Assembly (NCBI GenBank): GCA_977016875.1
Contig: CDRNST010000080.1
Location: 434,001 to 498,000, forward strand
Source: Pavona decussata
Lineage: Eukaryota
DNA: 64,000 bases
Reading direction: 5' to 3'
The notes below the pieces were generated by a model. The model was not told the DNA's origin. It searched no databases and worked only from the letters and a program-made list of their open reading frames with translations. Shown piece by piece: positions 36,308 through 50,600 of the stretch (the first letter of the stretch is position 1; every line of letters begins with the position of its first letter). A program made the translations under genes and the position numbers.

Positions 36308-39300
36308 ATGAAGGCTGTGATTTTCCTGTGCTGTTTCATTGTTGGAAGTTATTCCTCGAGCAATGAGGGTAAGTCAGGATTGATTATAGAACATTTATCT
36401 GTCGTACTCGTTTCGCGGTTAGCCTAAATTTTGTTTTGCGCTTAGGCCCTAAATTAAACTCGCTTGTAATTGCAAACAGCAAGAAGGCACCAGTGATAGC
36501 TTAACTCTCTCCACAATAGATATAGCAGAATTTCGGACACTATTACACGTTATTTCTAATCGATCTAAGCTTTTAAATCACTTAAGCAGCTAGCGATATA
36601 GCAATAAGAGCCCATTGTGTAAGTATTACACAATTTTGTTGGAATAGAATAGAAACTATGAGAAGGATTAAAATTTAGTGAAAAACTTTGAGAAATCACG
36701 CAAAGCTGCTAAAACCTCATATAGGCGAACAGCATACAACGAAAACAAATTATTACAGTTTTCTATGCATTTAATTAATCTTAACCTGAATCAAGATGAA
36801 AAATAAGCAGAGTTTTACAATTTTTTGTTTAGTGATTGTGGTTGTTCTTTGACATTTACGGGATGTATGTTAATCCATTCCTATTTAAGCAGAAGAATGA
36901 GATACTTTGTTATGCTGAGTTTTTACGCTTAATGACCTGCTTACCTTCCACTTCAGTGTCGTGCACCTTTGACAGCGGTTTGTGCTTGGGATGGAAACAG
37001 GAAACATCAGACAAGTTTGACTGGAGACTGAGGTCTGTCTCTACGCCATCCTCTGGTACAGGACCATCATCAGGTCATGGGGGTTCAGGTATGTGTCAAT
37101 GGACTCTATAAGCATTGTTTTGTTGTCCGTTCTTTTGTCCTCTCGACCAACAGTGTAAGACGTTGCAAAACGGTGCAGGTCGCCTCATCTTCTTTTTTAT
37201 TACAGTAATTATTCAATTTTATTTCGACGCTTCTGGCACTCTTCACGGAGAGGGTCTTCATTTGAGTTTTTACTGGAAGCACGCTGAAAACTTTTAAAAG
37301 CTAAATTAAATGCCTTAAAAAGTATGAGCAACACGGGAATTTTCTAAAAGAGAATATAATTAGCGAGCCTCAGAAAACTTAACAAAATTAAGAGGAGTTT
37401 GAAATACAAGCCTTTTCTGCTTCACTTCAGATTGCAATGGTAGATGTCTCTCAAAACCTCAAAACTCTCAGGGAAGGGAGAACAAGAAGCGCTTACGCAA
37501 AAAGGGCGCTTAGAACAGCACTCCTGTGGCTATTAAAATTGGAGCACTTGCTAACTAAAACTCATCTTAATGAGACCACTTCCTAGAAACACTCTCTTGT
37601 TTGTAAGGAGAAAGTTAGATTTCGAGGTTCCTTGTTTTAGTTTGTCGGTATTAGCAAAAAAGAAAAAATAAGAAATAAAAAGTTCGACTGAAAGAACGAA
37701 AGAACTTGTCGTTCCGGTTGTTATTGCTTTGCTTCGAACTATTTGTACGAAATTAAAAAAATTCGATGGGTGACCAATTTAACGCGCAGCATGGAAGACG
37801 CGTCGTACGTTTCGTAAACCCTCTCTTGTTCTCTTGTGCAAATAAATGGTGAAGAACAAACACAAAATAGTATTACGAAATGTAACATTTATTGAACACT
37901 CCCCACAGGGGGACGTTTCATCTACCAATAAAATATAAATAGTTATCAACTTACCTAATATCGGATGTTACACAACTAAAGTATACATAGAAAAGCAAGC
38001 TAAACCCCCCAAAAATGAGGAAAATAATAAAAAAAGAGGTAAAATAAACTAAAAAAAAAAAAAAAATTAAAAAAAAGCCTAAGGTTTTCTCGTTTTCATG
38101 ATGAAATTTGGTCAGGGCTGATTTTGATGCGATAGAATCAGTCCAAGATGTACACAAAATATCTACAATTGGGAAAACCCAAGACAAGGGAGAAGCCAAT
38201 AAAATATAATAAAATTAATTTTCTTTCTCCGTTTAATTTTGCTACATGGAGTTATTAGTTATTTAACGCTGCTTAAATTAATGAAATATAACCCCCTCCC
38301 CACTCTCCTCCTTTTCTTAATTTAGGAATGTACATGTACATTGAGTCTTCGAGTCCAAGGCGGCCAAATGACAACGCCAAGCTTTCATTTACTTCTGCTG
38401 GAAGCGGTAGTTTTTGCATGACCTTCTATTACCACATGAATGGAAGAGATATTGGTGCACTGAAAGTATACAGTGGTGGTCAGATAAAATTTTCCAAGTC
38501 AGGAAGCCAAGGAAATGCCTGGAAGAAGGCCGAAGTGGATATCACTGCGAGTGGAAGTGTGAGTATCACAAACTTAAAATTTTTCACTGCTCTTTGAAAT
38601 CCGTGACAAAAAAAGAACCCAGTGTATTTAGCATGTCGGTAAAATGTGATCATCATCGTGAGTTTAGTAATAATAAGGGCTGTTGGTAGCACTGGACAAT
38701 CTCTGCGAAAGTCGTCATCAAAGTCAAAGAGAAGTCTTGAGGATTCGACCCGGTTGCCAGCGAAGTCACCATGAGTATGTGCACAAAATTAATTCTTGTG
38801 ACAGAAACAAACAAACACAAGAACTAACGGACCTCAAAAGGAACTCTTCTCGAGAGAAATCAAAGTGGAGTGGTAGGATAACCCATAAGGTATTTAATTG
38901 TTCATACCAAAGAAAACATATATTGACATTGTTAAATTTAGTGAATAAATTATATTTTCCACTATTTCCAAATAATCAGAGGTACTTAAAAATATACTTT
39001 TAATAGCGTAAAATTTTATAGCTAGTTAAAAATTTGGATCTATTACCGCCTTTTACGCTTTTAAAGCTTCTGGACACCGCCATTTTGGATTCCATTACGT
39101 CATACGGTTCCTCAAGTATTCTACATAAAAGAACTTGCTTTCTGACCACAGTGGCAACTTTATAACGGCACGACATCAAAATGTCAATAATCATATCCAA
39201 TTTCAAACTGAATAATGCTAATACGCTATCTCCACTTTCAATATAAGATACTTCTAAAAATTTAACGTGAGTGGAGATTTCCTTCAAGATACAGAAACAA

Positions 39301-42300
39301 AAGTATCGCTTCACTGATTAAAAAGTTTTAGTCCAGGTCCAAAATTGCTTAACCCTTTCCTGAGAGCATAGAAATAAACGGAGACATGGACTTTATTTTT
39401 CTCAGACAAATTTTGATCAAAAATTTCAGTTTTAACGGGCGGTCACCATATATGACGGTGTTATCGCGGGAAAAGCATTTCAGCTAAAATGTTGAGACTT
39501 TTGAAATGAAATTTTAAGTCTTAAATAAATTTGGTTTGCTTGCAGACAATGATTTTATGACTCTTTTTAATATTAGGTCCAAGTAACATTTGAGGGTGTA
39601 AGAGGTAAAAGCTGGCAAGGTGACATCGCTATTGACGACTTTTCACTGAGACCAGGAAGTTGCTCAGGTATGCCACCAAACCCATTGCCACCACAAACAC
39701 CAGCTCCACGAGATGGAGTTTGCGTTCTCTTACGAATCGCTATCTTAACAAACTATTCAGAATATAAGGACAAGGTCCAATCTTTAACATTTTTGACATG
39801 TCAAGCTCTTAATGATACATTTTGTCGCTGATAATTTGGTTTCACTGGTAAAGTTTCTTCCTTCGAAAAGATATATTTTTTGAAGTAAATGCATTATTCA
39901 AATTCCGAGACCTCAGTGTAAAGAATTGCAAGAAATGTCGCCTGTCGTTGTAACTTTTTTTTAACGTTTTAAACATCTTCCTTGGTTTCATTGTAATTGA
40001 AATGAAATGAACTTTATCAACATGTCGTAGCTTTTAGCGTACTGGAATGTACGCTAATTGGGGACACTACTACTTTACATGATAAAATATACATACGATC
40101 GATCAATACTACTATACAGTGAGTTAAAAGACACCTAACTACTTCACATTATAAAGTATACATAATGATCGATTCTTGCCAATACAACGCAAAAAATCAA
40201 GTAATTCTAAAGCCGACTTTTAAAGAGATCAAGGCGGTATAAACATGTTTCTGTGCTGGTTAAAATACTGGTTTGGGACTTCGTTAAAGTGTCTATTAAG
40301 ATAATTGAAAACAATTTCAAACCTTACCAGCAAAGTGATCGTTTGGACTTTTGGTCAAGACTGAGAAGTATCCTACAATTTAACGCTAAAACTCTTCATT
40401 TTTAAGGAGGTTGCGGCTCAAGACCATCTCACTCTCGTATCGTGGGTGGCGAAAACGCGAAGGTTAACAGCTGGCCATGGCAAGCAATGTTGGTCAGTAT
40501 TTCCGGTAGGCAGTTCTGTGGAGGGTCACTCGTGCATCCCTTGTGGGTTGTAACAGCCGCGCATTGTGTCAAAGGACGGAGTCCGTCATCTTTGAGAGTG
40601 AAGTGAGTATCAAAAAAGAATCAGTCAGTTACAGTGCATCAAGGATTCTTAGTATTTTCTTGCTATACGACTACCACCATATTAGTTGGTAGTTGGTATC
40701 TAAGTGATAGGGTGCGCGCGATTGCCAATATATTTTGCAGGTCTCTAACATGTGAAAGAATTTAAAATATTTTTGCAGTATGAACGAAGACAATACGTCA
40801 TTGCTAGTTACTTAACGTATTGGAGAAGAAAAAAGTTATGTGTTCTAGCTTCCCATCATTCGAGATATATTAATTAGTTGTTCTGCCTAGGACTTGATAT
40901 ATGACAATCGTTTTTCCGCTCCACTGTTTCAGCAACTTTAACTGTAGATCGTCTAACCGCGAAGATAAGTAATAAATACTTGTTGAGCTATTGCAATTCT
41001 TTGTAAGCGCGTGTGACATTGTCAGCTGTTTTTAAAGGCGGATAAATTATGGTCATTTCCAGATTTTTCCTTTGTTTGTTGTTTTGCATTCAGACTTTCA
41101 ATCGTCAGTAAATAATTTATTTGATTGCACCTTTTTTTTTTTAGATTGGGAGCTTATTATAGAGTAAGTGGATCTGTGGGAACAGAGCAGACCATCAACG
41201 TTGCCCAAATTATTCCACACGAAAAATATCACAAACCAGTACGCTACGCCCACGACATTGCAATGCTCAAACTTACTAAGCCTGCTCTTCTCGGAAAAGG
41301 AATTGGTGTTGTTTGTGTGTCAAACCCAAGCAACGTTCTTCCGATTGACAATAAAGATAAGAGGTGCTGGATAACTGGATGGGGAACTTTGTCATCTGGC
41401 GGAAGTCAACCTAATATCCTCCAGCAAGCGTCGGTTCCACTGGTGTCAAAATCACGTTGTTTGGTGGCTTATCCGGGAAAGATTGATGACTCCATGTTAT
41501 GTGCTGGTCTGGACAAAGGGGGAGTTGATTCCTGCCAAGGTGATAGTGGTGGACCGCTGGTTTGTGAGTATAACAATAACTGGCATCTGGAGGGTGTGAC
41601 CAGCTGGGGATATGGCTGTGCTGCGGCTAAAAAGTACGGCGTATATGCTAAGGTTGGCTACTTGAGATCCTGGATACTCAGCAAGGTTGGTTCGAACCCA
41701 CTTACTCCTAAACCACCCACGCCATCACCATCTACACAGCCGCCATCACCACCACCACCGAGCACACCACAGCCTCCAACTCCCTCTCCGACACCAGGTT
41801 TGTTTAATAAGAGAAAAATGCACAAACTTAATTGTTCGTTAAATGGGTCATTGAATACCAAGCAGCAAACTTGTTAAAATCAGATTTTTATTAAGGCTGC
41901 CGGATGATCATCTTATATATTTCATCTACGTTCTTTTACCCAAGATTATTCCAGCGTCAGTAGATTATTCAAAGAAACGCCAACATCAGTAACACACGCA
42001 CAATTGTTTAATGACCTTTGACGCTAAAAAATTGTACTCGTGAAATGCTGCGCATAAGATTTGAGATGCCTCCTCGAAAGTGATTGATTGAATTTGAGAT
42101 GGTTTGTGTTTGCTTTCACGTTTTCTCGGGGAAATCTGCAAAAATTAATTAACTCTTAAGTTTAATGTCATTCGCTGAGTAAAGAAATGGGTTGATCACT
42201 TTTTTTAGTATTTCATAAATTTTAGCTTTTTAATGTTTCTGGAATTTTACTGTAGGTTGTGTGGACAATCCAAAATACGCCGACATTTGTCCATCTATTG

Positions 42301-45300
42301 CCGCATGTGGAAACTACTGCAATGCTAATAAAGTTTGGGCAAAGAAAAATTGTCAAAAATCGTGCAACATGTGCCCTATTGGTAAGTGTTTGACTTTTTC
42401 GTTCTATTTCTTGCAGTGCAACGACTAAGGAAATAACGTGTAGGCATTGTTACTTAATGACGAAGGAAAAAGGGACGACCCGCAAACTACAAACACAAAT
42501 TCTGCCATTCAGTTGTTTTGTACATTTAGTGAAGAAATGTTTTGATGACTTTTTTAAGTATGTCATAAATGTTAGCTTTTTAAACTTTCTGAAATCTTAC
42601 TGTAGGTTGTGTGGACAACCCAAAATACGCCGACATTTGTCCATCTATTGCCGCATGCGGAAACTACTGCAATGCTAACAAAGTATGGGCAAAGAAAAAT
42701 TGTCCAAAATCGTGCAACATGTGCCCTACTGGTAGGTGTTAGACGTTTTCATTATATTTCTTGCAGAACGACGACTAAAGAAACAACTTGTAAATAAACA
42801 ACGTTATAACGCAAATTTCTCAAGGCACTGTTATAATAACTGAACGAGGGAAAAGGGACGACCCAAAAACTAAAAGCACAAATTTTGCAATTAAGTTTTG
42901 TACATTGCGCAAGCCATATTTCTTGAGATGCCTTGTGTTTTGCAGTTCAGTCTCAAAACTCGCAGCAATAATTTAATGATTGTTGCAATGAACTGTATGA
43001 ACAGCTGTTATATTATGACATGGTGTTTTTTATTTTGAGTTTGTACTTATCTTTCTGAAACTTTTACTCTAGCTTGTGTAAACAATCCAAAATACGCTGA
43101 CATTTGTCCATCTCTTGCTGCCTGCGGAAACTACTGCAATGATAACAAAGGCTGGGCACAGAAAAACTGTCCAGAATCCTGTAAAATGTGTCCAACTGGT
43201 AGGTTGTATTCTTTTTTCTTATGATTATGAAATAGGTTGAGAAAAAGACATGAAATCTCCGAAAAAATCGTCCAATACGAGGCCATTATAGGCTGAGGTT
43301 TAGTTGTGTCACTTAGCCGCTTGACTAATAAATTTTTCCAAATTGTGCGGACGATCGAGTTCGTTGACATACGCCTAGTTAGTTTCATTCTGAAGAAAAC
43401 TACTATAAGGAAAAATGAACATGGACCCAGGAAAACTGTGCAATACACTGTAACACAAGTCCTTCGTTTCAGTGTATATACTTAATCATTTAACGATGTT
43501 TTATTGGAGTTAAAACAAATACCTATAATACAAAGTTATTTATCTGTCAAATTATCTTTTTGAAAACAAAAAGCAATCAATTAAAACTGCGCGGAGTTCT
43601 TGACCACATGGCTGCTGTCTTCAACGGACAATATGTAAAGAACAAATCTAAATACAGTGACAAAATGAACAAAAAGAGTGCTGATTTCAAGTAGCGGTCA
43701 ATTGCATAGATCAATGTTATGATATAATATAAACTTGTTTGGTCATTAAAGGTCCAGCTCCTTCCTCTCCGGCACCTCCAACTCCGCCACCCTCTCAGGT
43801 ACCTTCAACTCCGCCACCCTCTCCGGCACCTCAAACTCCAGCGCCCAGGCCATGTGGCAAGTCCCCAGTGACACGTGTTATTGGAGGAGTGGATGCAAAG
43901 CCAGGAAATTGGCCTTGGCAGGTGAGGCAAAATGTTTCAAATCTTAAACACATTTTTGACCTGAGGCAAACTAAGTCTTTTTGATCATTGCGTTTCAACC
44001 AGTCTTGTTTAATTTGTTTCAGTTTACAATTTTACCTGATTTCAAGTTTCGCCCTACATGTAGCAACAATTAAGTAATTAACCGCTTTCTGCAACAAGAT
44101 TTTCAGATTCGTTACTCGTGACGTATGTTGTTTGTCCAGTAAAACAACCCGGCATTGCTATAGCATTCGGATATGTCTAACGTTGACAAGAGAGATGACC
44201 AACCTTTGTCATGATAGTATCCTAAAATTGGCTCCAGTTAGAATGACATCACAGATTGTACTGCAGCCAAGTATTACTGCAGGCAAATAAAGTCGCAGGT
44301 CTTTACCATGAGTTATTAACATTAATATGTTAAATTTGGTTGTCACTCTTGCTAGATCGCTCTTCTTCGCGGAAGCTCCAAGTCGTTTAGTTGCGGTGGA
44401 TCTCTGATCGCTCCTGATTGGGTTGTCACAGCAGCGCATTGTATCTCGACAACGTAAGTAAATGTGGAGGGGTGGCTGTTGTTCTTTCTCTGGGTAGTCA
44501 ACGAAATTTAAAAAAAAACTTTGGTTAAATCAATAACATTAATTGTGCGTTCAAGTCAGTAAACTTTTAACGACGTTTTACTGCCAACAATAAAAGCAAC
44601 GCGGCCTAGCGAATTACGTGAATACATGAGGATATGACACGTGCATGCGCTGTAATTAAGAGAATTGTTTAAATACTTAGACAGCTAATTATATAAAAAG
44701 TGAAACAATTAAACCATTAACAGTCGATAAACTAAGACATTCTTTTCCCGCCAACAGATAAAGTCCTTATCTGCAAGGATTTTTAAAAAGATCTAACGGT
44801 AAAAAATCCGAACGACGGCTAGGCCGCCGGTTGTGAGCCAAAAATGTCACGTTTACAAATTTGAATGTGACCTGTGCGATGCGGGTTATGTTGGTTTTAT
44901 TATCTCGCTGGCACTTATATCAGCGCATCGAGGAACATAAAAAACCCTTCTTCCTACGTTGGCAAACATTTTCGGGACAAGCACTATGGGGTTCCATGGG
45001 ATCTGAGCAGGAATTTTACTTATTCAAAAAAAAAGTGCAAAAACAAGTTTGACTGTCTTGTGAACGTGATGTTTTTTTTATTAACGACGATCAAGTCACA
45101 ATAATCAATCAGACTCAATTTGTGCAAAAGTTTTTAATTAATTAAATCTCTTGCATGCCTTTTATCACTCTTTTCTAAAAAAAATTTGACATACTTTTTA
45201 CATATTTTAGACTCTTACGTCATTGGCACTCTTTTTCTCTCTATTTATTATATATGTTAATTTTTATACCACACATTGAACTTGATAGTGACCGAAGAGC

Positions 45301-47506
45301 CATCAAAATGTCGTTCGGATTTGTTAACCGTTATTTTTTACCAACAGATAAAGTTCAGGCTATTATTTGTATTTTTTCCACAGGACAGCCAGTTTTTACA
45401 CCATCCGCCTGGGTGATCATAACCGTTTGGTTTCCGAAGGAACTGAGCAAGATATAAAAGCCAAGCGAGTGATAAAACACCCCCAGTATTCATCGAGAAC
45501 GATTGAAAAAGACATCGCTTTGATTCAGCTGTCGAGGCCGGCTACTCTGAACGCTCGAGTTGGAACTGTGTGTCTACCAACCCAAGATGAAATGGTTCCG
45601 ACCTCGTCCAAATGCTACATTACCGGTGAGTTATTTAGAGTCTAGCTTCTCTTGGGAAGCGATGCAACTGTTTTGTTCTCTAGTTCTCACCTTGTTAACT
45701 AAACAAATGAAAATTGAATCGGCCGTGAAAGAAGATGCAATTTAATTTTGAGCGGGCATTTGAAAACTCTGAAACATTCTTTATAAAATGATACCAACCA
45801 AAAACAAGTTATAGAGAAGACGGAATATAGAATCTCCTGTTGATGGCCCAATTAATATGCCAGTTTAGGACAGGGCTCACTCAACCGCCTACCATGTTAG
45901 TGTACAGTTTCTCGGTTCTGAAAACTGAAGAAATTGCATTCTTGGTCTTACAACCTGAGTTGATAGGTAAATTGGACACAGACGTTTACTTTTTGATCGC
46001 ACAGTCGAAGCTGTCGTAAGCGACCACCTCGGGTATTAGAAAAACTGGTCGTAATAGAAAGGTCGCCTGCGAGAATGTAGTCTCGTAAGCGACCAATAGC
46101 TTAAACAATAGAACGGCTGGTCACTTACCAAGGCTTTTTGCATATAGCTTTCTATGATAGCCTTGGTCTCGGGGTAACACTCTTGATCCAGCTGTAAATC
46201 ATGTTGAATTTTAAATTCGAGATCTTAATCTACAAACATTATTAGGCAGCGCAATATTACTTTAAATGTGATCAAGAAAGAGTTGCCGTAATAAGTATCA
46301 GAATCTTTTCGTGGTCGCTTACAGGAGTTTTTGATTACAGAGTTTAAGTCACTTAACGGACAATTCAAACGGAGTTTCACAATGGTGGTCGAAACTAGAG
46401 CTGGTCGCTTACGAGAGTGGTCGCAAGCAGAGCTTCGACTCTAATTACCTCTTTACCTGGGTGTATCCACTTGGACTCGTTGACGAGAGGACTAGTGGTC
46501 GACACTTTGTTTGTTTCGTGTTTTGACAAATCTATTTTATTAACTCAGTTGATAAAGACAGATATTGTTTTCTGGCCTTCCCACTGACGAAATCTTCATG
46601 TTTGAGCATCAGAGAGAATAATTAAGCGAACAGGAATCCTCGCAACTCTGATAGCAGTTGCAATGGAATAAATATTTACACAACACACTAAATCACTTCT
46701 CAGTGTAGTTTTTTCATTTCAATTTAGGATGGGGGAAGATAAAACACCCAGGATCTTCCCACAGCATCCTTCAACAAGCTCAAATGCCACCGGTCACCAA
46801 CAGTGAATGTGCAAGAAAACTAGCAGCATCACCAGGTACGCGGTTACATTAATTGTTGTTTTGGTTCAGGTTAAGATTAATTTCTAAGCGGTTTTCATCA
46901 CAGTGGCTTTACATTTACATCGCATGGTAGTACAAACTTAAGCTTGAAAACAACATAAGCCTTTCTTAAAGAGCTCACAGGAAAATTCACTTTAAAAAAA
47001 AATTCACTTTTAATTCCGACCTTTCAGCTCTCGGCATTTGAGGAAGCCTTATTCTATTAGTCCTATGGTTTCTCCTAAGGCTTACTCACCACCTTCTCTG
47101 TAATATATATTTTTGTACTTTTATTTTGCTTTTTATAACGTGTGTGGCGAAATAAACAAACAAACAAACTTATCACGACCCGCTTTAATTTCAGTTGGAT
47201 CGTCTCGGTTTATGTCCGAGACATTCTGCTATCACATTTAGTTAACCCAATCTATTGTCTCTAATAGGAGGATCCTCTCTTAAGATCACCCCGTACATGC
47301 TGTGCGCTGGTGTAAATGGCACTATTCTCAGTGGTTGCCATGGAGACAGTGGTGGCCCTTACGTCTGCCAAGGTGCTAACGGCAATTGGGTTCTCCAGGG
47401 TGACGTCAGTTGGGGCTCCGCGAGGTGCTCTGCGGCTGAGCTATACACTGTGTTTGGACGGGTTGCTAAGTTCAGGAACTGGATTGACCAGACAATGAAA
47501 TCTTGA
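36308..47506 (+). CDS. Copy C of the MAM-protease-3xShKT-protease gene, apparently intact
   Basis: Exons 36308-36368, 36957-37088, 38326-38558, 39577-39667, 40407-40602, 41145-41797, 42256-42381, 42606-42731, 43073-43198, 43752-43921, 44356-44453, 45384-45625, 46728-46835, 47268-47506; same lengths and splice sites as A. Confidence 0.9.
44795..45332 (+). mobile_element. Penelope-like remnant in copy C
   Basis: Track ORFs 44861 ([10 protein letters not shown]) and 44874 (VGKHFRDKH...[11 protein letters not shown]) are its fragments. Confidence 0.75.
46002..46441. mobile_element. Same MITE in copy C
   Basis: CAGTCGAAGCTGTC...AGAGCTTCGACTC-TA at the equivalent position. Confidence 0.75.
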
Positions 47507-47607
47507 ATCTTTTTGTAAAATAAGTTGTTAAAGCGTGAAATAAAGGAAATTTGAGGCACTGAAATGTTGTCGTATTTTCCCAGTTTAAGATAAAGATATC
47601 CCAGTGC

Positions 47608-50600
47608 CTCTTGATTTCATAGACTTTATGTTTGTGTTCTTGTGCCTAGTGTCCTATTATTGGGTTGTTTGTGTACCTGTGTTTTGGGTGTTGATGTAAT
47701 ATTGTGTTTTTTTTTTCTCCGACATGTTAGATTTAGCTAAGTGCAGTTTACTTTCTTTGAACGTGAGAGGCTTGAAAAGCCAACTTAAAAGAAGAAGTAT
47801 TTTCAGTTATTTGAAGAGCCAAAAATGTTTATTTTATCTCCTACAAGAAACATACTCTGAACCAAAAGATGAAGTAGTATGGAAAAATGAATGGGGAGGT
47901 GGCAACTTTTTCTCCCATGGGACCAATCGTCAGAAAGGAGTTTGTATTCTGATTAACTCTTCTTATGATCTATCCGTCACCAGCCATTTCAGCGATCCAG
48001 AAGGGAGGATCGTAATCATCAACTTGATTATTCATAAGGTAAAACTCTCTATTTGCAACATTTATGCTCCTAATAACTTGGTGCAACAGAACAACTTTAT
48101 CCAATGAGGCATTGCTAAGCAATGCCGAAATTGATAACGTAATTATTGGCGGTGACTGGAATGTAACCTTGGAGCGTATTGATAAAAAAGGTGGCGCGCA
48201 ATGGAAACCAACAACCTATCGTGACAAATTGTTATTAATGATGGAAGAGTTGAATCTCTCCGACGTACTTAGGAAGAAGAACCCATCTAAAAAAAGTTTT
48301 ACGTACGAATCTAAATATCTAAAAGTCAAATCAAGAATAGATTTTTTACTGGTGTCAACTTCCATTATGAAATTCGTTCTTGCTACCGACTCAAGAACTT
48401 CTATAGCTCCTGATCACAAAGCGGTCCGACTAAAATTAAAAATTAGCAATTGTTGTCGCGGCCCTGGCCTATGGAAATTTAACAATTCTTTGCTTGAAGA
48501 TGAGAAATATGTAAATTTAATCAAGAACAATTATCCAAAAATAAAAGAAAAATTTAATGACATTGAGGAAAAAAAGACTCAAATGGGAGTTAATCAAAAT
48601 AGAAATCAGAAGCCTAACAATTCCTTATTCTAAATACAAAGCTAAGCAGAGTAGGAATGTGGAAACAGCCATTCAAAAACGTTTGGATGAAATTGATACG
48701 TTGATTACAAACAGTAATGGCCTTCAAAACATCGACCCTGAACTAAACGAATACGATCGGTTGAAACGCGATCTTCAGGCCATTTATGACACTAGAGGAA
48801 AAGGGGCAATATTTCGTTCTGAAGTGCGTTGGACGGAGGAAGGCGAGAAGCCGACCAAATACTTCTTCAACATAGAAAAAAGGAATTTTAACACGAAGGT
48901 CATTGCGGAACTTAAACCAGATCCCGACGGTAATGTCATTGTAGATGAAAAAGAAATCATGTGCGAAATTCACTCTTATTATGCTGATTTATATAAATCG
49001 GAGGTGGATAGTGATAAAAGCGATGACAGTGACTTCAATAACTTTACTGCCAATCTAGACCTGCCGAAACTATCTGACGATGAAAGGGATGAAATTGAAG
49101 GAAAGCTAACTCTTGAAGAATGCCAGAATATATTGAGGACATTTAAATTAGGAAAGTCTCCAGGAGAAGATGGTTATACTGTTGAATTCTTCAACTGTTT
49201 TTTTGAAATTCTTGGTCAGGATCTATTGAACAGTCTTAATGCTTCTTACGACGTTGGCGAGCTGTCAATTTCTCAAAGAAGAGGTGTCATAACACTTGTT
49301 CCAAAAGAAGATTCTAACTTATTGTTTCTGTCAAATTGGCGCCCCATCACTTTATTAAATGTCGACTATAAGATCGCATCTAAAGTTATTGCTAAAAGAA
49401 TAGAAAGTATACTACCGAAGTTAATTAATCCAGACCAAACCGGATGATACATCGGGCAGAACATTCGTTTGTTAACAGACGTTCTTGAACAAACAAAACG
49501 GCAAAACATTCCGGGAATCCTTCTTTTGCTTGATTTTAGGAAAGCTTTTGATTCCCTGGAATGGCCCTTTATTCAACAGACTCTTATTGTATTCAACTTT
49601 GGTGAAAGTATCAAACGTTGGATCTCAATTTTGTACGCTAAAAGTGAAAGTTCAGTCTTAAACAATGGCTTTTGTACAGAATCCTTTCCATTGTCTAGAG
49701 GAGTTAGACAAGGCTGTCCATTATCCCCTCTCCTCTTTATTCTAGGAGCGGAAATTTTAGCGAGTAAGATACGACAACATCAAAATATACAGGGGATAAA
49801 AATCCACGGTTACGAATTCAAAATTAGTCAATTTGCTGATGACACCTCCTTATTATGTAAAGATCTAAATTCAGTTGAAAATGCCATTGCCTTACTCAAT
49901 GTCTTTGAACGTGTATCGGGATTGAAGCTTAACCAGTCTAAAACAAAAGCACTATGGCTGGGACCTTGGCGTTTTAGTGATTCTAAACCGTTGGGTCTAA
50001 AATGGACTAAAGATCCCGTCAGAACTCTTGGTATTTTTATTTCTTACGATGAAAAAGGTAACTACAAGAAGAACATTACCGAAAAAATTGAGAAAATGGA
50101 CAACCGGCTTAACTTCTGGAGATCCCGAAGTCTAACTCTACTTGGTAGATGTCTAATTTTTAAAAGCTTAGGAGTTCCACAGCTGATTTATTCGGCTTCA
50201 ATGTCGAGCATGCCTATAGAAGCGAGCGTCAAGTTGATCACCAACTATTTATTTAATTTTATATGGAACAAAAAACCTGATAAAATAAAAAGGCAAGTAA
50301 TGTACCAGGACTATATGGATGGCGGTTTGCGCGTACCAAATATTCTGACTACATTTAAGTCCCTTAATTTAGCATGGATACCCAGACTTTTAAAAAGTGA
50401 AAACTGCTCAGATGAATCTTGGTCATATATCCCAAGCTATTATTTTAAAAGGTACGGTGGACTTAACTTCTTACTTCGATGTAATTACGATAACCATTTT
50501 ATTAAACAGATTGACCTTCCACTTTTTTATAAAGAAATCCTAATCCACATGTTGGAGTTAAAACAGTTGTATGGATATTACCAAGAGCAAGATTTAGTGC

